Assembly (NCBI GenBank): GCA_005223185.1
Contig: NJBN01000001.1
Span: 309,210 to 373,209, forward strand
DNA: 64,000 bases
From: a candidate division LCP-89 bacterium B3_LCP
GTDB lineage: Bacteria; Electryoneota; B3-LCP
Reading direction: 5' to 3'
Part shown: in pieces, positions 57,850 to 64,000 of the stretch
Position numbering within the stretch: position 1 is the first letter of the stretch
How the letters are laid out: each line of letters begins with the position of its first letter
Notes under the pieces: generated by a model
Seen by the model: only the letters and a program-made list of their open reading frames with translations
What the model was told of the DNA's origin: nothing
Database searches by the model: none
Program-made: the position numbers and the translations under genes

Positions 57850-58553
57850 CCCAGGGTGCCTCCCGCTGCTGTTTCAGGTTGGGAAAGAACAGAGTTGGTC
57901 CGGTTCAAACGCATGCGTTCAGCCAGGATTAAATCAGTGGAAAAATCTTCTAACGCCCTGGATTCGTTCTTTAAACTACCTAAAAAGTGGTTATAGGCAA
58001 CAACCGCCGGTATTGCTGCGGCTAAACCTGCGGCAGTAGCGATCAATGCTTCGGCAATGCCGGGGGCGACAACGGCTAAGGAAGTAGAACCCCAGGTGCC
58101 GATATTCATAAAGGAACGCATCACCCCCCATACAGTTCCAAAGAGCCCGATGAAAGGGCTGGCAGATCCCACAGAAGCCAGTATCCCCAAACGGTTCTCT
58201 AATCTGGATAACTGTATGCTGCCCTGTTTCTGCAGCAGGCGAGACATGGCATCTTCGTCCCCTTCTAACCTGCTGACAGAATAATATTCCAGGTATATCT
58301 GTTGGAAGACGCGAGCTACGGTTGAATGCGGGAACCGGTCTAACATCTTACGCAGGTTTTCAGGATCGAATTGATCCCAAGATATCTTGGCGAAATACCG
58401 GCGTGCCCGCCGTTCTCTGGAGAAAATCCAGGCTTTTTCAAGGATAATTCCCCAGGTAATTATGGAAAGGATCAGCAATAGACCCAATACCGCCAGCGCT
58501 AAACCGGAAGCCGAACGAACCAGGGAAACCAAATCTAAGGTGAAATTATCCAT
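57846..58553 (-). CDS. tolQ: TolQ/ExbB/MotA proton-channel protein
   Basis: Three TMs and the MotA/TolQ/ExbB motif ASVGSASPFIGLFGTVWGVM. Confidence 0.8.
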   Translation of the reverse strand: MDNFTLDLVSLVRSASGLALAVLGLLLILSIITWGIILEKAWIFSRERRARRYFAKISWDQFDPENLRKMLDRFPHSTVARVFQQIYLEYYSVSRLEGDEDAMSRLLQKQGSIQLSRLENRLGILASVGSASPFIGLFGTVWGVMRSFMNIGTWGSTSLAVVAPGIAEALIATAAGLAAAIPAVVAYNHFLGSLKNESRALEDFSTDLILAERMRLNRTNSVLSQPETAAGGTLG

Positions 58554-58749
58554 GAATCATCAACATAAATAACATCTTCAACATCAAATCCAATAAGTTC
58601 ATTCTGCAGACAAGGCAATCAGCGCCAATGGCAGATCGTTTATCGCAACATGAAGCAAAGGAAACTCTTGAATATATATTAACTTATCAAGAAAGGCAAG
58701 AGAATTCTGTAATTCTCCTTAAATGGTTTTTTGTATAAGTCTTTAAATA

Positions 58750-59157
58750 TTATAAATCAAAGAATGCCTTTCTAAAGCTATTCGCTACCCCGGTAGGCTG
58801 CTTGGTTTGCCGGTCGAGAAAGACAGCCACGAACCTACCTTTGCTTACCAGTTCCCCGGATGGCATCTTTCGCATTTCCTGTCTTAGCGTTACTGAAGAT
58901 TCGCCAGTATCCTCTATTTTGCCAGTTATTTCAATAATATCTGCAGAACACAGCGGTTTGATATAATCCACTTCAGCTCTTACAATGACGAAGATATAGC
59001 CTTCCTTAAGCAGCGAACCGAAGGAGAGTTCCCGTTGCTCTAAAAACTCGACCCTCGCCTGTTCGTAGTAGTGGAGAAACACCGCATGATTTACATGTCC
59101 GTAGCCGTCCAGTTCGTAGGATCGCACTTTAAGTTGGCAGGATAGTTTCTGTTTCAT
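58750..59157 (-). CDS. ybgC: YbgC-like hotdog-fold acyl-CoA thioesterase
   Basis: VRSYELDGYGHVNHAVFLHYYEQAR is the 4HBT/YbgC motif. Position upstream of tolQ. Confidence 0.7.
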   Translation of the reverse strand: MKQKLSCQLKVRSYELDGYGHVNHAVFLHYYEQARVEFLEQRELSFGSLLKEGYIFVIVRAEVDYIKPLCSADIIEITGKIEDTGESSVTLRQEMRKMPSGELVSKGRFVAVFLDRQTKQPTGVANSFRKAFFDL

Positions 59158-59165
59158 ACCTTAGA

Positions 59166-61466
59166 TTATTTCTGCTCTTTCGCTTTCAATGCATTTAAGA
59201 CTTTTTCAGGTGTGATCGGCAGCGATTTGATTCTCACACCGGTAGCATTGTAAACGGCATTGGCTATAGCGGCGGCAGTAGGAACCATGGTTATTTCACC
59301 CATGCCCTTCGCTCCGAAAGGACCTTCGGGATCGTTTGTTTCCACGAAGATGGGAACGACTTCTGGGATATCCATGGTCGTGGGGATTTTATAGTCGGTG
59401 AAGTTAGGATTAAGCATGCGTCCGGAATCAAGCTGGATCTGTTCGGTGAGTGCATAACCCAACCCCATGGCTACCCCGCCGTGAACCTGCCCTTCCGCGC
59501 CGACAGGATTAATGACTCTGCCTACGTCATGAGCGGCAGCCACCTTATGAACCTTGATTTTTCCCGTTTCCCGGTCAACTTCGACGTCAACCGCATGCGC
59601 GCCAAATCCGTAGGTGGCGGATATATTACCTCGCCACTCTTTGTCTTGATGTACCGTAGGCGGGTCATAATAATATTCACCGGATATTACGCTTCCACCC
59701 TGGCGGAAATGTTTTGAACGAATGGCTTTGCCAAGGGGAAGTTTCTTTTCCGGGTTCTCTATAGAGATAATTTCACCGTTTTTTATGGTTAGCTTACCGG
59801 GCTTCTCTTTTAGTATCTCTGCCGCCGTTTCGAGGATTTTCTCCTTAACTTCTCTGGCTGCTTTTAGAGCGGCATTGCCAGCTATGAAGGTGGTTCGTGA
59901 TGCATGCACGCCCACATCCCAGGGACGCACGTCAGTATCAGTATTGACGACGTTAATCCAGTCAACAGGTACGCCCAATTCTTCAGCTACAATCTGGGTT
60001 AATATGGTATCTGAGCCCTGACCGATTTCTGTTGAACCGCTGATGATGGAAACCTTGCCAAAGTCGTTTATACGAACGATAACTCCGCAACCATCGGAAG
60101 GATAGATTCTTGCCCCACCGCCAACATGAATCGCAGAGGCGATGCCCACGCCTCTGTCTGATCCTACCTCTGTCATTCTTTTCTTGTAATCAACCTCTTC
60201 GGCTGATTTATTAAGACAGTCGGATAAACCGCAGGTGGTGATTTTCATGCCTGCTAAGTTGGTTTCACCGGGTTGGTTGGCATTGAGCAGACGAAATTCC
60301 AGAGGATCCATCCCGCAGATTTCAGCCAACTCCTCAATCTGCTGTTCAATAGCGAATGTGAGTTCCGGATTCCCGAACCCCCGCATAGCGCCACCGTAGG
60401 GATTATTCGTGTAAATAATGCGGCAATAGAAGTGAACGTGAGGCACTCTGTACAAAGCGGACGCAGTCTGCATGGAGACTAATGGTGTAACTGCTCCCCA
60501 GCTATTGTAGGCACCGTTGTCCGACCAGATATCGGCGACACGAACCGTGAGCTGACCGTCCTTGGTGCAGCCGGTCTTCACGTCCATGACCATAGGGCTG
60601 CGCACGGGGCTGTAGAGGAATTCTTCCTGCCGGTCGTATTCAATCTTCACCGGTCGCGCAGCTTTCTTAGCCAAGAGAGCGGCAATGACTTCGTAAGGAT
60701 AAAGATCCAATTTGGAACCAAATCCTCCACCGATGTAAGGCTGTTCGACACATACTTGAGAACCGGCGATACCTAACACATCTGCCATATCCCGTTGATA
60801 GAGGAACGGTACTTGAGTGGGAGTTTTCATCAACAATGTGCCATCGGTCTGCCATTCGGCGATGGAAGCACAGGGTCCCAGGCAAGAATGCGCGATGAAC
60901 TGAACGTCGAATCGTCCTTCTACCAGATGATCAGATTCATCTAACCCCTGATCGATGTTACCGTGCACATAATCGAAAACCATGGAAAGGTTGTCAGCCC
61001 TCTGTTCGTGAATCAAGGGAGCATCTTCCTTCAAGGCTTCAAATGGATCCGTCACTTCCCTTAGCGGTTCGTATTCAACTTCGATCAATTCCAGAGCTTC
61101 TGCGGCGATTTCGGGTGTGCGGGCGGCTACCGCAGCAACTTCATCCATCAGAGAACGCACTTTCCCGAATTTTAAGGGCAAATTATCCTTGCCGAAACCG
61201 TAGGCGATCTTAGGCGTATCTTCGGCTGTAATCACGCAGATAACGCCGGGCAGCCTTTGAGCTCTGCTGGTATCGATATTTTTGATTTTCGCGTGGATTT
61301 GTTTCGACCGCAGGATCTTGCCGTAAAGCATCCTCGGCACAACTAAGTCGGTGGCATAAAGCGCCCTACCGGTTGCTTTATCACGTGCATCGGGTTTGGT
61401 TACTCTTTTACCTATGGTGGAAAATTCCGTTTCAGTTGACATTCTATCTCCCTGCAGGGAATTCAA
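59166..61466 (-). CDS. xanthine dehydrogenase/CoxL-family molybdopterin-binding large subunit
   Basis: About 766 aa with aldehyde oxidase/XDH a/b-hammerhead and MoCo-binding signatures (GGGFG, GQG...AHD). Confidence 0.8.
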   Translation of the reverse strand: MNSLQGDRMSTETEFSTIGKRVTKPDARDKATGRALYATDLVVPRMLYGKILRSKQIHAKIKNIDTSRAQRLPGVICVITAEDTPKIAYGFGKDNLPLKFGKVRSLMDEVAAVAARTPEIAAEALELIEVEYEPLREVTDPFEALKEDAPLIHEQRADNLSMVFDYVHGNIDQGLDESDHLVEGRFDVQFIAHSCLGPCASIAEWQTDGTLLMKTPTQVPFLYQRDMADVLGIAGSQVCVEQPYIGGGFGSKLDLYPYEVIAALLAKKAARPVKIEYDRQEEFLYSPVRSPMVMDVKTGCTKDGQLTVRVADIWSDNGAYNSWGAVTPLVSMQTASALYRVPHVHFYCRIIYTNNPYGGAMRGFGNPELTFAIEQQIEELAEICGMDPLEFRLLNANQPGETNLAGMKITTCGLSDCLNKSAEEVDYKKRMTEVGSDRGVGIASAIHVGGGARIYPSDGCGVIVRINDFGKVSIISGSTEIGQGSDTILTQIVAEELGVPVDWINVVNTDTDVRPWDVGVHASRTTFIAGNAALKAAREVKEKILETAAEILKEKPGKLTIKNGEIISIENPEKKLPLGKAIRSKHFRQGGSVISGEYYYDPPTVHQDKEWRGNISATYGFGAHAVDVEVDRETGKIKVHKVAAAHDVGRVINPVGAEGQVHGGVAMGLGYALTEQIQLDSGRMLNPNFTDYKIPTTMDIPEVVPIFVETNDPEGPFGAKGMGEITMVPTAAAIANAVYNATGVRIKSLPITPEKVLNALKAKEQK

Positions 61467-61492
61467 AAGGGGGTAATAGTGATTCCGAGAGT

Positions 61493-61984
61493 CTATTCTG
61501 CTATAGAGTCGGTCTGGTTGAGTAATTTAGAGGATACAGCCTTAACAGCGCTTACAATCTTCTCATATCCAGTACATCTGCAGAGATTGCCAGCGAGCGT
61601 TCTGCGAATCACTTCTTCCGATGGATCAGCATGTTTATCCAAAAGAGCTTTGGAAGTCATGATCATGCCGGGTGTACAGAATCCACATTGAATAGCTCCC
61701 ACTTCGATGAACGCTTCTTGAATAGGGTGAAGAATATCGCCATCAGCCAGACCTTCAATAGTCTGGATTTCACAGCCGTTAGCCTCAACCGCCAGCATCA
61801 GGCAGGAACTAACCGCCTGCCCGTTTACGAGAACGGTACACGCACCGCAGTCTCCTTCACCGCAGCCTTCATGGGTGCCTGTCATGCTTAAATCCCGGCG
61901 CAGGACGTCTATCAACCGCCAGTTAGCCGGGATGTCAAGTTTTATAAATTCACCATTGATGGTCAGTTCTATTGGATACGTCAT
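61493..61984 (-). CDS. (2Fe-2S)-binding small subunit of molybdo-hydroxylase (CoxS-like)
   Basis: CGEGDCGACTV and CGFCTPGMIM, the two [2Fe-2S] cluster motifs. Confidence 0.85.
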   Translation of the reverse strand: MTYPIELTINGEFIKLDIPANWRLIDVLRRDLSMTGTHEGCGEGDCGACTVLVNGQAVSSCLMLAVEANGCEIQTIEGLADGDILHPIQEAFIEVGAIQCGFCTPGMIMTSKALLDKHADPSEEVIRRTLAGNLCRCTGYEKIVSAVKAVSSKLLNQTDSIAE

Positions 61985-61997
61985 GGTTTAATCCTGT

Positions 61998-62825
61998 TTA
62001 CCTCGCGAAGACGGCATAAGAAGCTCTTTTAACTAATGGATAGATTACATCTTTTCTATATGAGGCGCTGGCGCGCACATCATCTATCGGTCTGGCAGCG
62101 TCCACTGCTGCTGCACAAGCTTCCTCGATTTTACCCTCAGATAAAAACTGCTCCGCGGCAGGCACTCGTATCGGAGTAGGAGCAACGGCGCCCAGCACTA
62201 CCCGCGGATCAGGTGCGCCTTGGGTCTTCCGGGAGACGCAAACGCCCACCCCGGCGATGTCCATAGCTTCACGGAGGGTATGCTTGATATAATGCGCCTT
62301 GCGGGCGGTATCTGGTATTAGAATGGCAGTTAATATCTCATTTTCCTGTAAGACTGTCTCACCCGGGGCTGTGAAGAACTCACCAATTGGTACTCTTTTA
62401 ATATCTTCATCAGCGAAAATCTCCAATTCGGCGTCAAATGCCATTAAAGGGGGAACTGTATCTGCCGCAGGCGAAGCATTGGCAACATTCCCACCGATAG
62501 TGGCGCGGTTGCGTACTTGAACACAAGCCATGCTCAGGGCAGCAGCAGAGAGTACCGGACATCTGTTTCTGATGAGATCGTTCTCAACTAATTCTGTTAA
62601 TGTCGTTAACGCGCCTATGCGCAGACCATTCTGTTCTATAGATGAAATGCCGTGTAGTTCAGTGATACTCTTAATGTCCACCAGCATAGCAGGCTGGATC
62701 ATGCCTTGTTTGATTCGCACCAGAATATCCGTGCCGCCAGCAAGCAGTACGGCCTCCGGGTTGTTGCGCAGAATCGAAGTGGTTTCCATAAGACTGCCGG
62801 GGCAGCCGTATTCAAATTGAATCAT
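61998..62825 (-). CDS. FAD-binding medium subunit of molybdo-hydroxylase (CoxM-like)
   Basis: FAD_binding_5-like LLAGGTDILV...; about 275 aa. 4-nt overlap with the upstream gene. Confidence 0.8.
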   Translation of the reverse strand: MIQFEYGCPGSLMETTSILRNNPEAVLLAGGTDILVRIKQGMIQPAMLVDIKSITELHGISSIEQNGLRIGALTTLTELVENDLIRNRCPVLSAAALSMACVQVRNRATIGGNVANASPAADTVPPLMAFDAELEIFADEDIKRVPIGEFFTAPGETVLQENEILTAILIPDTARKAHYIKHTLREAMDIAGVGVCVSRKTQGAPDPRVVLGAVAPTPIRVPAAEQFLSEGKIEEACAAAVDAARPIDDVRASASYRKDVIYPLVKRASYAVFAR

Positions 62826-63385
62826 AATTCTTCAAGTATATGTTTTCCCAGGCCTATGTGGAAGGCTTTTAAGTTCATTTCCTTAAATTTTACGGGTGAA
62901 ACAGAGGTGATAACTTCAACCAAATCTTCTTCGCTTATGAGGAAATCTTCGTGGCGCGCTGCGAAGCCTATGAGAATGAGATTTAAGACTAAAGGCGCTT
63001 TCATTTTCATAGCTTGTACAGAAGCATCCATATGATGAATAGTCATACCTTTTTCATCCAGAAGGGAAAGTACATTCTTGGGGATAAAATCCAGGTCCGG
63101 TGCATCTATGTAGATTGTACCGCCCGGTTTTAAGAAAGTGAGATTCCCGAAAATCTCTCCCTTTTCAAAGCAGAATATCACATCGGCATCGCCACGCCTT
63201 ATTAGGGGACCGCGATAATCCCCGACTTTCATATGTGAAGTAACGGAACCGCCGCGTTGACTCATGCCATGCGTTTCGGAACCGATCACCTGCTGCCCCG
63301 AACGCATGGCAGCTTCTGATAGAATGCGTGTGGCGAAGAGGATTCCCTGACCGCCAACACCGCAGAGTAATACCTGTAAGTCCAT
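62822..63385 (-). CDS. 2-oxoacid:ferredoxin oxidoreductase gamma-like / IorB-like subunit fused into the molybdoenzyme operon
   Basis: LLCGVGGQGILFATRILSEAAM...GSETHGMSQRGGSV is the pyruvate/indolepyruvate oxidoreductase gamma (POR_N-type) fold. About 187 aa. First gene of the 4-gene operon. Confidence 0.55.
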   Translation of the reverse strand: MDLQVLLCGVGGQGILFATRILSEAAMRSGQQVIGSETHGMSQRGGSVTSHMKVGDYRGPLIRRGDADVIFCFEKGEIFGNLTFLKPGGTIYIDAPDLDFIPKNVLSLLDEKGMTIHHMDASVQAMKMKAPLVLNLILIGFAARHEDFLISEEDLVEVITSVSPVKFKEMNLKAFHIGLGKHILEEL

Positions 63386-63720
63386 TATTTACTGATAATT
63401 CAAGTTATTTATTACAATTGATTTGCAGCTATATTTTTTGCTGACATAATTTAAAGAAAAAAGTATGAAATATCAACCTAAAAATCCATTATCAGAGAAA
63501 GGGAAAAAGGGCACTATTATTGCCTTTTAGATTCACACATTCCTTCTATAATCAAGTGTATTGTCTGTCACAGACATAACTATCAATATATTAATTAGTT
63601 ACAAAGTACAAAATCCTCCATCTCAAGAGGTATCAAGGAAATATTTACCCTGATGGGGGGATTACATTTCCTGATGATGGATACGTCTGTCGTTTTCCGG
63701 GAGTAAAAATATGGATTTAA

Positions 63721-64000
63721 AAGCCAGCGTTGTCATACCGGTTCGAAATAAATTAGAATTTACGCGCCAGTGTTTAGAATCAATCGCTGAGGCTCCGCCA
63801 AAACTGAGTTATGAAATCATCGTAGTAGATAACGCTTCCGACGATGGGACCTATGAGTTTTTAAAGGAAAAACAGGATAGGGGAGAGCTGCGATTGATCC
63901 ACAACGATCCGCCCAATCCTTTCGCTATTTCATGCAACCAGGGCGCCATGGCTGCCAAAGGGGAATACATAGTCTTTCTAAACAACGACACCAAGGCTTA
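63721..64000 (+). CDS. family 2 glycosyltransferase (3'-truncated by window end)
   Basis: SVVIPVRNKLEFTRQCLESI...EIIVVDNASDDGT. Confidence 0.7.

Noticed and set aside
1-64000. Prophage, IS element, integron or CRISPR-Cas content
   Set aside because: No integrase, transposase, terminal inverted repeats with transposase ORF, cas genes or repeat-spacer arrays were seen. The only compositional anomaly is the single low-GC ORF at 43933-44424.

Overview
This 64-kb bacterial chromosomal segment (roughly 50% GC) is densely packed with cell-envelope functions. It resembles the Fibrobacteres-Chlorobi-Bacteroidetes (FCB) group, because it carries the type IX secretion system (T9SS) pair PorU/PorV, T9SS C-terminal sorting domains and a complete BatA-E/MoxR aerotolerance-type operon.

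In order along the window:
- A glycoconjugate locus (about 0.9-11.9 kb): a convergent GT-C (PMT_2/ArnT-like) glycosyltransferase with TPR repeats and an alkaline-phosphatase-superfamily enzyme, then on the + strand GT2, flippase-like membrane protein, GT2, radical SAM, GT2, radical SAM and a PHP-domain phosphoesterase, all tightly overlapping. This is the most unusual gene set in the window and my best candidate for a previously undescribed system.
- A SPOR lipoprotein, then the 9-gene MoxR-DUF58-X-BatA-BatB-BatC-BatD-BatE operon on the - strand.
- A very long PorU (C25 peptidase, 1676 aa) followed by PorV, then a compact block of five uncharacterised secreted, lipoprotein or outer-membrane genes, including a small Wza-like SLBB protein.
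- Two beta-propeller-repeat T9SS cargo proteins that share a near-identical duplicated ~250-bp C-terminal-domain DNA segment.
- A membrane-anchored HTH-XRE regulator, a TPR protein and tRNA-Ala(CGC).
- A long-form (Alu-domain) SRP RNA flanked by identical (AATTATG)n direct repeats, sitting Bacillus-style immediately upstream of dnaX-ybaB-recR.
- A tandem-rhodanese lipoprotein, then a low-GC PD-(D/E)xK-like ORF that looks horizontally acquired.
- porGDAB (2-oxoacid:ferredoxin oxidoreductase), pgsA-pgpA, an aminotransferase, an FtsX-like permease, a metallophosphoesterase and an outer-membrane barrel.
- ybgC-tolQRAB-pal-ybgF on the - strand.
- A CoxLSM/XDH-type molybdoenzyme operon with an unusual fourth IorB/PorG-like subunit, and a partial GT2 at the window end.

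I saw no CRISPR array, rRNA, transposase or integrase.
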